DNA of 64,000 nucleotides. Source: a virus. Made by a program: the position numbers and the translations under genes. The stretch lies in the IMG/VR virus record IMGVR_UViG_3300021356_000015, positions 2,624 to 66,623 of that record; one strand, 5' to 3'. The notes under the pieces were generated by a model. It did not search any database. It was not told where the DNA came from and saw only the letters and a list, made by a program, of their open reading frames with translations. This document shows, piece after piece, positions 26,532 through 36,613 of the stretch. Numbering within the stretch: the first letter of the stretch is position 1; each line of letters starts with the position of its first letter.

Positions 26532-26828
26532 TTATAGTTTAGGAACCGATAGATTTGGTACCTTCATATTTGGAATCTTAGGCATGCTTGTATTATATGC
26601 CTCATTTTGTTTTTCATTTTGCTTATTCTCTTCCTTAAGATGTTCAACTAAGTCTTTGACTAAATAATGGAATTCATAATACTCCAAGTTGTCAAGTTCT
26701 GACGGTTGAATGTGTAACTTAAGATAAAGATAGAACTTAGTTTTAAAGAAGTTCTCCAGAGAAATCTTGAATAATGAAAATAGATTTGATGCCGTCGCGA
26801 AAGTTAATAGGTACAGAGGCCTCCTCAT
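26532..26828 (-). CDS. Baseplate hub/tail assembly chaperone-like small ORF (gp51-like); true start uncertain
   Basis: LENFFKTKFYL...QPSELDNLEYYEFHYLV resembles the small ORF following gp26 in T4-like phages; overlaps the gp26 end in the +1 frame. Confidence 0.6.
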   Translation of the reverse strand: MRRPLYLLTFATASNLFSLFKISLENFFKTKFYLYLKLHIQPSELDNLEYYEFHYLVKDLVEHLKEENKQNEKQNEAYNTSMPKIPNMKVPNLSVPKL

Positions 26829-27711
26829 CCTCTACGACAACCTTCATTTCTGGTTGGATGCCGATTTTCATTTTTTCAGCCAATCTATATAATAGAGTGT
26901 ACTTTTTATTGTCCCAACCATTCATATCTACCTCGATATCAAATATCTTCTTTTGATTAAAGTTTCTCCAATCTGTAGAAATAAATGGAATAATTTGAAT
27001 AAGAGATTGATCGATATTAATTCCTTTCTCTTGTCTTTCTTTAATATACTTTGTAACTTCTTGCATAACGCCAATTGAAGGTGGCTTCATGAAAATTTCA
27101 CCGTATGATCTGGTTTGAATTACAAATCCTCTGGCAGCCTCATCGTAATACTTTTCAATATCTCCTGGAATCTCAAAGTATCTAAAGTAATCTCTCTTAA
27201 TTTCAATATCATGAGAATTACCGCTTGGTGCCGTGAAATTAACCTTTAATGCATTTTCAGGTTCTGGAAAAGTTAAGTCTCTAACCGATAAGATAATAAA
27301 AAATCTATCTTCTTCACAAATGTCTTTAAAAGAAACTCTTTTACTAGCGCATGACACGTTTGTACAAGACTGAACAATAGAATTCAATTTTTCATCTATA
27401 TCAAGTAAATTATTCTCATCCATTGTTGAGAAGTGTCTAATTTCTGCAACCTTAGCAGATCTAATTTTTATTTCCATATCCTTTGGGTAAAATCTGCCTC
27501 TTGATGGTAAGTCTTCCATGCTTAGATTATACCATCCCAAGTGAATATCAGAAGGCGCTGCTTTTTCAGGTCCATAGTTGTCCATATTTACAGAACCTAA
27601 ACCTTGATTGGTTATAGTTTCTTCAATAACATCAGCCTCTTCGACTGTAGTGGCCTGTGCTTCTTTTTCGGCTAGTATTCTTTCTAGCTCTTTTTCGTTA
27701 TTATCGCTCAT
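26743..27711 (-). CDS. gp26: Baseplate hub assembly protein (gp26-like)
   Basis: LPSRGRFY...IKIRSAKVAE...DRFFIILSVR; C-terminal DGIKSIF; position next to the tube gene. Confidence 0.7.
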   Translation of the reverse strand: MSDNNEKELERILAEKEAQATTVEEADVIEETITNQGLGSVNMDNYGPEKAAPSDIHLGWYNLSMEDLPSRGRFYPKDMEIKIRSAKVAEIRHFSTMDENNLLDIDEKLNSIVQSCTNVSCASKRVSFKDICEEDRFFIILSVRDLTFPEPENALKVNFTAPSGNSHDIEIKRDYFRYFEIPGDIEKYYDEAARGFVIQTRSYGEIFMKPPSIGVMQEVTKYIKERQEKGINIDQSLIQIIPFISTDWRNFNQKKIFDIEVDMNGWDNKKYTLLYRLAEKMKIGIQPEMKVVVEDEEASVPINFRDGIKSIFIIQDFSGELL

Positions 27712-27716
27712 TTCCT

Positions 27717-27944
27717 TTATTTTGATTTAAGGTTTTTAATGTTTTCTCTAGTTATAGACATTTGTTGTGGAGTTCTTTGCTTAATCTCGCGCTGTATTAA
27801 TTCTCTGATAAATGCACTAACAGATATAGGCCTTGACTCACTTTCAATTGCTTCATTTAATATGATTCTATTAACTAGATTTACCTCGTCCTCAGTTAAG
27901 AGAACTTGTAATTTCTTTGTTAATTTATCTCGCTTATTCGACAT
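27717..27944 (-). CDS. Ribbon-helix-helix-like small DNA-binding protein
   Basis: KLQVLLTEDE...SVSAFIRELIQREI. Confidence 0.55.
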   Translation of the reverse strand: MSNKRDKLTKKLQVLLTEDEVNLVNRIILNEAIESESRPISVSAFIRELIQREIKQRTPQQMSITRENIKNLKSK

Positions 27945-27976
27945 AATATATTGATATTGTAATATATTTATTCTTC

Positions 27977-28018
27977 AAAAGAATAGGAGAAGCCTCAAGG
28001 ACCTCTCCTTATTCTTTT
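27977..28018. terminator. Terminator-like hairpin after tail tube gene
   Basis: aaaagaataggag...ctccttattctttt. Confidence 0.55.
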
Positions 28019-28025
28019 GACTTTA

Positions 28026-28586
28026 TTAGTTTAGCTCTTCGCTAAAGACGTCAGCTCTCCAAGTTACTTCTAGAGTTTGAGCATCTGCTGAGCCATAATC
28101 TAGAGTACCTGTGAATCCAAGGCCTGATGTCATAAAGCAATCTTCAAGAGTTACCTTTCTGTAAATATCACCCTTTCTGTCGAATTGAACGATAATTATA
28201 GTACCTGTGTAATCTCTCTTTAGACCCATTTCACCAGTATCTGGGTTGTATTGAGCTCTGTACCATTGTCTTAGCGTTTTGTAAACGTAAGCTTGGTTAG
28301 AATCATTTAAATTTAGTGAGAAGTTAACCGTAACGTCAAGCGCAGTTCCATCTGGCATACCAGCATATGATCTGGTAGCAAACTTATACTTTTGCTCAAT
28401 TGCTGCGACTTCTCTATGAATACCTTCTAGTCCTGAGATTGAATTAACATGCTGTAGTAACATATCAGTTCCATCGACGACATCTGGTGCAAGTATAGTA
28501 ACCTCAAATAGGTTAGCCTGTACTGGCTCAAATTGTCTGCCTTTCTTACTAGTTTGGTCTTCTCTATAGTGTGGTAAACCTGCCAT
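28026..28586 (-). CDS. gp19: Tail tube protein
   Basis: FEPVQANLFEV, RSYAG, GLKRDY, LDYGS...VTW; immediately after the sheath gene. Confidence 0.85.
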   Translation of the reverse strand: MAGLPHYREDQTSKKGRQFEPVQANLFEVTILAPDVVDGTDMLLQHVNSISGLEGIHREVAAIEQKYKFATRSYAGMPDGTALDVTVNFSLNLNDSNQAYVYKTLRQWYRAQYNPDTGEMGLKRDYTGTIIIVQFDRKGDIYRKVTLEDCFMTSGLGFTGTLDYGSADAQTLEVTWRADVFSEELN

Positions 28587-28621
28587 TTTTAATTTGTATA
28601 TTTTGTTTTATATATCACAGA

Positions 28622-31573
28622 TTATGAGAAGTTGCCTGTTGCAATCTCACCAGTGTTTAGAACAGTGACTCTAGATACTAGAATCTCTAGACCTTTAACT
28701 GGCTCGACGTAGGTATCTAGGATACCCATGTTTGCATCAATTACCTCATTTGTGTTATTTGTTGTGTCCATAATGTTACGGTAGTCGTAAACGCCTCCGT
28801 CCTTCTTGATCGCCTCCATAAATGCGTCAGCTAGAGTCTTGATCTCAAGTCTAGTTTGAGCAGTATTGAACTCGAACAAGTAGTTTTGTAGAATTGCAGC
28901 TAGACCGTCCTCAATGTAGATAAGAGCCTCTCTAACGTGAGCTGAAGAAAGAGCTGAAGTAATCTTCTGCTGTGCAGTCTTGTTGCCTTTAACAACTAGA
29001 CCAACTCCTCTCTCAAATACAATTGGGTTAATACCGAATGGCTCAACTACGTCTCTATCAAGCTTGTCGAATGAGTATTCAACGCTTTGAACGTCAACGC
29101 CTGTTACAACGCCTCTTCTTGGGCCTGCAACGATAGACCAAGGCAATGCATTGGTGTACTTATCGATGAAGTTGTTAGAAACATATGCCGCTGGTGGAAT
29201 AATCTTTCTCTTACCGTTCTCAATAACGACTAGACCGGGACCATAGTAGAATCCATAGTTAGCGCCTTCTAGAACCTCAGGCATCTTATATAGCCTTGAT
29301 GGGTTTTGATCTAGATTACCTCCAGTTCCGATGTACTTAGTCTTAAATACGTCGTTACCATCAACAAATGATGGGTTAGAGCACTTTCTAAGTTCTGTAA
29401 CCATAGGTGCGTTCAAGATAGCAGAAGCATTCTGTCTCTCTCTAGCAAGTTGGCAGAACTCAACCTTATTGAAAATTTCATTGTTCTCTAAAGAGCCGAA
29501 AGTATCAACTAGGTATCTGTAAGTGATAGCATCTTTATCTACTAAAGTATTAGCAAATCCTTTATCATCGCCAGGAACTAGCATTTCTAGTAGATCTTTG
29601 ATCAATTTTGTTTGAATTACACTACCTGATAGAGGGAATGTCTTATAAGAAGCTGTAGCTTCGTCATATGACTTGAATGCAAAAGTTGGATATTGACCTT
29701 GAGTAAAGCCGTGGTCTCTATGACCAACGATTGTTACGGTGTGTAATGTATTCTCAGGTACATCTGCATCAGGAGCTGACTCTCTTACTATTTGAAGTAT
29801 TCTAGATAGCTTACTTCCATTTGTAGTAAAGTATTGTCCAACTTTTATATTGTCATTAAATTCAGGAATTGAAGAAGAAGGTAACTGAATTGTAGAAAAC
29901 TTCAATACACCTGCAGCCATTGGCTCACAAGTCCAACCTAATAGTGGATCTTCGACTATTTCTGGGAATTCAATTGCTCTGGTATTTAATCCAATAGAAT
30001 AGTAGAGAATTTGAGCAGCTTGAGCGTTTCTAACATTAGAACCAGCAGGTAAACCTCCGCTAACATCAAGAGCTCCTAGAATTACATCTAAACCAGTGGT
30101 AACATCTACTTCTAATACGATTTGAATAGTACCTGCGTTATTATTAGAATTTACTACTCTATAGTAATCTCCTTGACCTGTAAAATCTATAAATTGACCC
30201 ACTGTTGGTACAGCATTTTCTCCAACGACGTTGGTAAATCTAACTGTGTTATTATCTGGGAAGCTTACATTAGCATCAGCTGATTGGAATGAAAACGGGG
30301 TAGCTGCTGCTCCATTATCTAAGTTTTGAATAACAGGCTGACCTGATAGAGTAATTTCAGTAAAATTGCCGTTTGCATTGTATGATACATCATCTATTTG
30401 AGCGTATTCTCCGCCAACAGATGAATCTAAGAATTTACCATTTGGTAAATTAGCTAAAGAACCATCGTTTTCTAAGTTACGACCATATACCGTGATGGAT
30501 GTATCACTATTAGTAACAATAAGTGCTGAATTAACATCTATAGCAGTAGATGCAATTGTATTGTTTGCAACATCTAAATCAGTAGCTTGTTCTATAATAT
30601 GAGAAAGTACCTCATAGTCTTGATAAACATCAAATGAATCTCCTACTAAATCTACATAAGATGTAGCATCTTCGTTAATTGCACAGAAAAGACCCGTCTT
30701 TCTAGTTTCTAGGTTAATTAGAGCTTCAATGTACATTTGTCTACCTTCTAGATCTATAAAATCGGGTATTAATGAACCTGTATAGTTAGCAATTAAAGAA
30801 ACTTCTCTTAAATTAGCAAATGCAGCTAGCTTATCCTTTTCCAATCCGTTTTCATCAAAATATGCTCCGTAAACTGGATCGTTATTTAATTCAGAAGCTT
30901 CGAATCTGCCTTTAAAAACAAGAACGTCAACCATGTATTCTGAGATGTAGTCTAATGGATCAACTCCTTCTGGTTGATTACCTTCGCCATACCATTCTCT
31001 TGCTGTAATTTCAAAACCTCTTGTATCAGCAGCTTGTCTTACAATAACTGTGATTGGATCTTGCTTAATATTGACAAAGTTTAAAGTTCTGTCCTGCATA
31101 CCGGCAGTAGCATCTCCTAAACCATATGATTCTTCAACGACTTTTAGAAGTTTATCGTCAGTTGGAACCCAAAATCTTTCTGTGTCGTGGAAGCTTGCAA
31201 AGGTAGAATCTCCATTAGTAGAAGAAAGACCTTGCTTAGAACCGTTTGTAACGATAGACGCCCAAGAAGCCGTGTCTGTTTCTGCGACGTTAAGTAGGTT
31301 AACTGCTAGGATTGGTCCTCTTGAAAGAGCCTCTAGAGCAGATCTGTGGAAGTACATTCCTCTTCTCTCTAGGTTCTTATCTACTGAACCGAAAGCTTGG
31401 ATAAACTGCTCTGTGTTTTCAATGAATACTGGAGTATTATAAGGACCAGTTAGTGAGTGACCAACGACCAATCTAATAGTCTCCTGAGGAACATTTACCG
31501 TTTGTGATTTATCAAACTCTAGTCTGTAAACACCAGAGCTCTTAAACTGTTGTAGTTCGGGACTTATTGCCAT
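28622..31573 (-). CDS. gp18: Tail sheath protein (enlarged, 983 aa)
   Basis: SSGVYRLEFDKS, GPYNTPV, PPAAYVS, PWSIVAGPRRG, INPIVF, GNKT, FEFNTAQTR. Confidence 0.95.
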   Translation of the reverse strand: MAISPELQQFKSSGVYRLEFDKSQTVNVPQETIRLVVGHSLTGPYNTPVFIENTEQFIQAFGSVDKNLERRGMYFHRSALEALSRGPILAVNLLNVAETDTASWASIVTNGSKQGLSSTNGDSTFASFHDTERFWVPTDDKLLKVVEESYGLGDATAGMQDRTLNFVNIKQDPITVIVRQAADTRGFEITAREWYGEGNQPEGVDPLDYISEYMVDVLVFKGRFEASELNNDPVYGAYFDENGLEKDKLAAFANLREVSLIANYTGSLIPDFIDLEGRQMYIEALINLETRKTGLFCAINEDATSYVDLVGDSFDVYQDYEVLSHIIEQATDLDVANNTIASTAIDVNSALIVTNSDTSITVYGRNLENDGSLANLPNGKFLDSSVGGEYAQIDDVSYNANGNFTEITLSGQPVIQNLDNGAAATPFSFQSADANVSFPDNNTVRFTNVVGENAVPTVGQFIDFTGQGDYYRVVNSNNNAGTIQIVLEVDVTTGLDVILGALDVSGGLPAGSNVRNAQAAQILYYSIGLNTRAIEFPEIVEDPLLGWTCEPMAAGVLKFSTIQLPSSSIPEFNDNIKVGQYFTTNGSKLSRILQIVRESAPDADVPENTLHTVTIVGHRDHGFTQGQYPTFAFKSYDEATASYKTFPLSGSVIQTKLIKDLLEMLVPGDDKGFANTLVDKDAITYRYLVDTFGSLENNEIFNKVEFCQLARERQNASAILNAPMVTELRKCSNPSFVDGNDVFKTKYIGTGGNLDQNPSRLYKMPEVLEGANYGFYYGPGLVVIENGKRKIIPPAAYVSNNFIDKYTNALPWSIVAGPRRGVVTGVDVQSVEYSFDKLDRDVVEPFGINPIVFERGVGLVVKGNKTAQQKITSALSSAHVREALIYIEDGLAAILQNYLFEFNTAQTRLEIKTLADAFMEAIKKDGGVYDYRNIMDTTNNTNEVIDANMGILDTYVEPVKGLEILVSRVTVLNTGEIATGNFS

Positions 31574-31630
31574 ATCTTTTGATTTGTTTTTTTACTTTTT
31601 GTATATATCCGTCTTCTTAGGTGTTTTTAC

Positions 31631-33457
31631 TTATATCAAGTCATAGATATCATATTGTAAATCACCTGCATCCTGAGAGTCTCTATATAAAACTTCTTCC
31701 ATCTTAGCATGTTTACTTTCATCAATAAAGTCTAGTAATTCTTCTATATAGTCTGCATAGTCAGTAGTATTAAAAAACTCAGTGGCTGTAATAGCTGTCA
31801 TTATAATGTCGTCGTTGCCCATTTGAGCGCCATAAGAACCGTTAGGCAACGTACCAAATAGACTTGCTTCTTTAACAGTTTCTTCATCAGTAAGCTTAAT
31901 TCTATTTGTTTTATGTAGTTTAGCAAAATTTTGACAAAAGATAGCTTTATTATCAGAACGTAATTTAATACCAGGCTTTAAAGTTTTAGAGTCATGTCTA
32001 TGCTTAAAACGAACTATCATATCATCGTCAAAGTCATTTCTTTGAGGGAAAATAGATCTTAAGTATTGCAAGAGAACAGTACCATATGTATTGTATTCGA
32101 TTATCATCTTAACGTTCTCAAAGTAAAATATATCTATAGCTAAAACATATAGTATTTTGGCAAAATCTTCAATAACGTGTTCGTTAGATCTAAAAACACA
32201 CACTTGTTCTAATTTAAAGAAATCGTACATAGCACCGGGATTATTAGAATGCTCAATTTCTCTATCGTCCATGGGATTTACTTTAAAAACATTAATGACT
32301 GAATAGTCACCTCCATTACCTTCTGCAATATCAACTGTAAATAACCAATAGTTTTCACTATATCTAGCATCTTCGGTATCAAAATCAGGGTGGAAGCCTA
32401 AGAATCCTTTAGTATCAAGCTTAGCAGCATCAAATTCTTCCATATCATGCCAAACATACTTTTGCATTCCCTTACGCATGACCTTCATGTCAGCTGGATC
32501 CAATAATAGATTAGATGAACTAACGAACTCATTACCATATTGACGATTAAACGCCTCTATAGAACCTAAGTTCTTAAGTTCCCTTTCATACCAAGCGTCA
32601 TCTCTATCAGGGTGTTGCCACCAATCAATACGCATCGGCGTATACTCATTATCTCCTCTTTCAGCTGCACTATAAATTTGATAGAACTTGTTAAAGCCGT
32701 TAGGAGTTGAAGTAATATTAATTCTTGAAATCTTAGAAGCCGAAAGCGTAGGATAAACGTTTTCGTAGAAAGTATCAACAATCGTATGGTGAATATGTGC
32801 AAACTCGTCTAAGTACAAGTTGTGAATGGTAAAACCAATACCGGCCTTAGCTGTTGTGGCTTGACCAACTAATCGACATCCATTATCACACTTGACGTTC
32901 ATAACATCATACTTGATGATACCTGGCTTCATAAAGAAAGGTAAGTTCTCAATAACAACTTTGGCTTTATCTATGATTTCCTTGGTTGTCTCACTCTTGT
33001 TAGCAAGTAACAGTGTATTCTTATCATTATGAAAAGTTAAATACCATGCATTAAAGATAGATGCCGTGACTGTCTTACCCATTTGTCTAGATGCCAAAAC
33101 AATATTGAATCTATCATGTTGAAAGTTCTTAAGCATGACCTTTTGGTAATCACGAAGCTTAACTCGTTGAATACCCTCGTCAGTCATAACCACTGCATAC
33201 TTTTCTGCAAAGTAATTGATATCAGCTGCACATCTGGCTAACTCAGCTATTTCTTCATCAGTATACTCAAAGACGATGTTGCCCTTCTTTAAGAATTGCT
33301 TACCTTCATAAAAAGGCATCTTGACCTTGGGTCTGTAACCCTGATCAAGCGCAAGCATAAGGTCATTGATCTGCTTTGTCGACCATATAATTCTTTCTGA
33401 GTCTACAGAGCTTTCTCCCTTTGGAATCCATTTATTATCTCCAACGTAATCGCTCAT
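31631..33457 (-). CDS. gp17: Terminase large subunit
   Basis: LRDYQ, ASRQMGKT, YLDEFA, TSTPNG, VDIAEGNGGDYS, GNDDIIM. Confidence 0.97.
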   Translation of the reverse strand: MSDYVGDNKWIPKGESSVDSERIIWSTKQINDLMLALDQGYRPKVKMPFYEGKQFLKKGNIVFEYTDEEIAELARCAADINYFAEKYAVVMTDEGIQRVKLRDYQKVMLKNFQHDRFNIVLASRQMGKTVTASIFNAWYLTFHNDKNTLLLANKSETTKEIIDKAKVVIENLPFFMKPGIIKYDVMNVKCDNGCRLVGQATTAKAGIGFTIHNLYLDEFAHIHHTIVDTFYENVYPTLSASKISRINITSTPNGFNKFYQIYSAAERGDNEYTPMRIDWWQHPDRDDAWYERELKNLGSIEAFNRQYGNEFVSSSNLLLDPADMKVMRKGMQKYVWHDMEEFDAAKLDTKGFLGFHPDFDTEDARYSENYWLFTVDIAEGNGGDYSVINVFKVNPMDDREIEHSNNPGAMYDFFKLEQVCVFRSNEHVIEDFAKILYVLAIDIFYFENVKMIIEYNTYGTVLLQYLRSIFPQRNDFDDDMIVRFKHRHDSKTLKPGIKLRSDNKAIFCQNFAKLHKTNRIKLTDEETVKEASLFGTLPNGSYGAQMGNDDIIMTAITATEFFNTTDYADYIEELLDFIDESKHAKMEEVLYRDSQDAGDLQYDIYDLI

Positions 33458-34116
33458 TAAGTTTCGATATCTTCTATTTCAGCGTCTTCTATATCTTCAC
33501 CTGATTTGGCAATACCAGCTTGAATTTGTGCCATCAAGTCTTTTGTACCTCTCATAATATTTGAGTTATCACTACTTCCACCCGCTTCTTCTATTTCAGC
33601 CTCGCCAACTCTCTTGTTATAAATCTCTACGTCACGTGCAATTCTTTTAGTAGCCTCTTCAGCTGCCATCAAATACATGGTTTGTGACTTAATGATATCA
33701 AGCATTGATTTTTGTAGAGTAGCTAAAACTTCGAACATTCTTGGAGCTAATTCACCACCATCGATGGTCTCAAGTAAAGTAGTCAAAGCTCTTTCGCCAG
33801 CTTGTAACTGATAGATGAGAGAAGCCATCGTCATCTCGTCCATTTTCTTCTTAGCTGCGATGTACTCATCTTTCTCGATGATATCTGCATCAAGATAAAA
33901 CTTCATCAAGCTAGTGATAGTCTTTTGAGCTTGCTTACTAGCTTTGCCCTTCATTTCAGTATAGTTTACCGATGGCATTAATGGTTGATTCATCATAGGC
34001 AAATCAGTAGGATCAGAATCTATGTCAAGCTCATCGCCTCCTCCACCTATTAAATCATCTAACTCCTTCCGTATCTCGTCAGCTTGTTCAGAGATTGTTT
34101 TCTTGTTCTCGCTCAT
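33457..34116 (-). CDS. gp16: Terminase small subunit
   Basis: PRMFEVLATL and GTKDL motifs; directly upstream of terL. Confidence 0.75.
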   Translation of the reverse strand: MSENKKTISEQADEIRKELDDLIGGGGDELDIDSDPTDLPMMNQPLMPSVNYTEMKGKASKQAQKTITSLMKFYLDADIIEKDEYIAAKKKMDEMTMASLIYQLQAGERALTTLLETIDGGELAPRMFEVLATLQKSMLDIIKSQTMYLMAAEEATKRIARDVEIYNKRVGEAEIEEAGGSSDNSNIMRGTKDLMAQIQAGIAKSGEDIEDAEIEDIET

Positions 34117-34174
34117 ATTATGATATTATATTCTATATATCCCTAGTTACCAAACTAAGAGAATATAGATTAAA

Positions 34175-36196
34175 TTATCTGCCTTGGCTATACTTTCTAA
34201 GCATGATGCTTGGTATAGCGTTGTCAGTTAAAATGTTAAGGTGTGAATCTCTAACAACATATTGCTGTAATACGTTTGTGTGTTGTTCAGCTCCAATAGT
34301 TTTGGTAAAGATTCTGATGTTAGTCATATGCATGTAACCACCTCTTAGAGTGTATTGCTTATTGGTTTCCCAAGTTAGGCCAGCAGGAATAGTCGTAGTT
34401 TCATTAAACATTAGTTCTAACCTATTAGGCGCATTTTGTGGTAAACCTTCGTTGACTTCATCGTTTAGTCTGTAAATATTTACAGACATTTCATTGTATT
34501 GATTACTTATGTTGATAACCATAGAGAACCACATGGTATCTGTAGCCTCAAAGAATGGATTATTAGGATCGTCTATGGCTCCAAAATCATATGTGTAAAC
34601 TTGATCGTTAAGCGTCACCCTAAACTCAACTCTTGAAGTTTCGATCATGATGCCCTTATCACCATCTAAACCATCTAATATAGTTTGATGTGTATTTGCA
34701 AATGTAGTGTTTAAGGTTGGCTTAAACCATCCGGTATAGGCTAAATTATTATCAGCTGCCAGCGAGGAGTTTAGGTTGTAGATAATGGCTTCATCAAATT
34801 CAAATGCGTATGAACCATCCTGTTGTTCTACTTTGTCGCCCGCCGTTGTTAGGTCATAATAGTTTCTAGAAATGACTGTCCATCTATTTCTTAAATCTAT
34901 GTCAGCGATCTTTAGCTTTTTATGAATAGCTGATCTGATTCCGTCTTGTACAACGTGGAATACTGTTTTATATTGTTGAGGCTTTGTAACCTTCTCATAC
35001 TCTTCTTGAATCTCTTCACCAAATACTTCTTCTACACCAACGACTAAATCATCAACTGTTTGCTCGACAACTTCGTCAGTATGGATGCTAGAAGTTCTGT
35101 CCTCGTATTTCTTAAGTTGAACTCTCCAATATGTTAAGCTTCTATTGAACTCATCCGCAAACGTAACAGAGACAACTTCATACATTCTATTATTGAATGG
35201 GAAAAATAAGTAGTCTCTACTTCTGGGCGACGGTCCAATGCCAAATGCATTGTTGAATTCAGTCTTGGTAATATGAATCTCAAAGTTCTCGAAGCCCATA
35301 CCAAAGATATCATAGCTAAACTCTTCAGTTGGGAATTCGTTATCGGGCACCATAATCTTAACCATGCCCTCCTCTACCACATTGTAAAGAGAATACTCCA
35401 TTAAGATTACGTCCTTAGACCTTTGATCTGGCTCTACTCTAAAGTAACGCACTTCATGACCCCATATAGAAGTAGAAATATCTGTGATTTGCTTGTAAAG
35501 ATTAACTGGTCTTTGTAGCTCGTATGGATTGAATATGTTAGTCTCGCATTCAACTGTAATGCCTTCACAGCCTACAAAAGCCCAAGGATCTTCACAATCT
35601 GCACAGAATTGAGGACATGCTTCTATCGTTCCATCAGCAGTTTCAAGTTCATATGTTACACTCAATATACTCAACGATTTAGTAGCACCGCCAACGGACA
35701 TTCTATCGACAGTAGCTCTAACATCCAACCAAAGAGGTAGAGTAGAATTAAAGTTTAGAGTAAATAAGTCACCTGGGTTTGAATCTTCTGTCAAAGGTCT
35801 AAACTCAGACATTTCTCCACCATTGGCATCTTTATTTTGAGACCACCTGTATTCGTAAACAAACTTATTGTTTTCGTTAGTCTCTTCATAGAACTTGAGG
35901 TCACCTGCTGTAAAAGTAGGAATCTCTTCAACTTCAAATTGAGTACCGTTGACAGAAGCAATAGTAAAATACTGGTTACCTACGATGATTCTTTCTCCAA
36001 CATTCATCGTAATGTTTTGAGTAGCTTGAACCGTCGTAGAGCCTTGTGTAAATAATAGGGTTATACCATCAGTCCTAGTTGTAGTTAAACCCGCAACTAT
36101 TTGCCAACCTAAAACTCTTAGAATGCCGTTATACGGCTCCTTAAGTCTAGCTATTAAAACGTCTCCTACTTCATTTGCTGTAAAGCCAGTTACCAT
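34175..36196 (-). CDS. Neck protein gp14-like with additional domains
   Basis: Central WGHEVRYFR...FGMGFENFEIHI...F...PRSRDYLFFPFNNRMYEV; C-terminal LamG-like region. Confidence 0.65.
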   Translation of the reverse strand: MVTGFTANEVGDVLIARLKEPYNGILRVLGWQIVAGLTTTRTDGITLLFTQGSTTVQATQNITMNVGERIIVGNQYFTIASVNGTQFEVEEIPTFTAGDLKFYEETNENNKFVYEYRWSQNKDANGGEMSEFRPLTEDSNPGDLFTLNFNSTLPLWLDVRATVDRMSVGGATKSLSILSVTYELETADGTIEACPQFCADCEDPWAFVGCEGITVECETNIFNPYELQRPVNLYKQITDISTSIWGHEVRYFRVEPDQRSKDVILMEYSLYNVVEEGMVKIMVPDNEFPTEEFSYDIFGMGFENFEIHITKTEFNNAFGIGPSPRSRDYLFFPFNNRMYEVVSVTFADEFNRSLTYWRVQLKKYEDRTSSIHTDEVVEQTVDDLVVGVEEVFGEEIQEEYEKVTKPQQYKTVFHVVQDGIRSAIHKKLKIADIDLRNRWTVISRNYYDLTTAGDKVEQQDGSYAFEFDEAIIYNLNSSLAADNNLAYTGWFKPTLNTTFANTHQTILDGLDGDKGIMIETSRVEFRVTLNDQVYTYDFGAIDDPNNPFFEATDTMWFSMVINISNQYNEMSVNIYRLNDEVNEGLPQNAPNRLELMFNETTTIPAGLTWETNKQYTLRGGYMHMTNIRIFTKTIGAEQHTNVLQQYVVRDSHLNILTDNAIPSIMLRKYSQGR

Positions 36197-36588
36197 TACT
36201 TTTTAGCAATATTTTTCTTGACTTCGTCCTCTGGCTTATAAACTTCTCCCAAAATCCAGCTTGTTACAAAACCAGATAGAGAAACAAAATAGACTGTCAA
36301 ATCATTTAAGTTTTGATTGTACCACATGGTCAATCCACCAGCAAGAGCCCATAACAGCGTTACTATGTATATCATAGCCTCTCTTCTTGAAGTTGGACCC
36401 TTTTTAAAAACACTAGTTTTAACAGAAGGTTTCTTAGTCTCTGACCAAACATAGACACCAACATAAGCAGTTAGTGAACCGAAATAGACTGAAAGCTCAG
36501 ATAGAGTTGTATCTCTAAAAGCCCCTAAAGCTCCTAATATAACCCAAAGAGCAACTACTAAATAAACAAGACCTTCGCGTTTTCCCAT
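36196..36588 (-). CDS. 4-TM membrane protein with internal duplication (holin candidate)
   Basis: Two copies of RE..[VI]Y.V..LW...G....L..L.VYF.SL..[YF]V. Confidence 0.6.
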   Translation of the reverse strand: MGKREGLVYLVVALWVILGALGAFRDTTLSELSVYFGSLTAYVGVYVWSETKKPSVKTSVFKKGPTSRREAMIYIVTLLWALAGGLTMWYNQNLNDLTVYFVSLSGFVTSWILGEVYKPEDEVKKNIAKK

Positions 36589-36613
36589 AGTGTTCGACTT
36601 TCTTTTATATATC

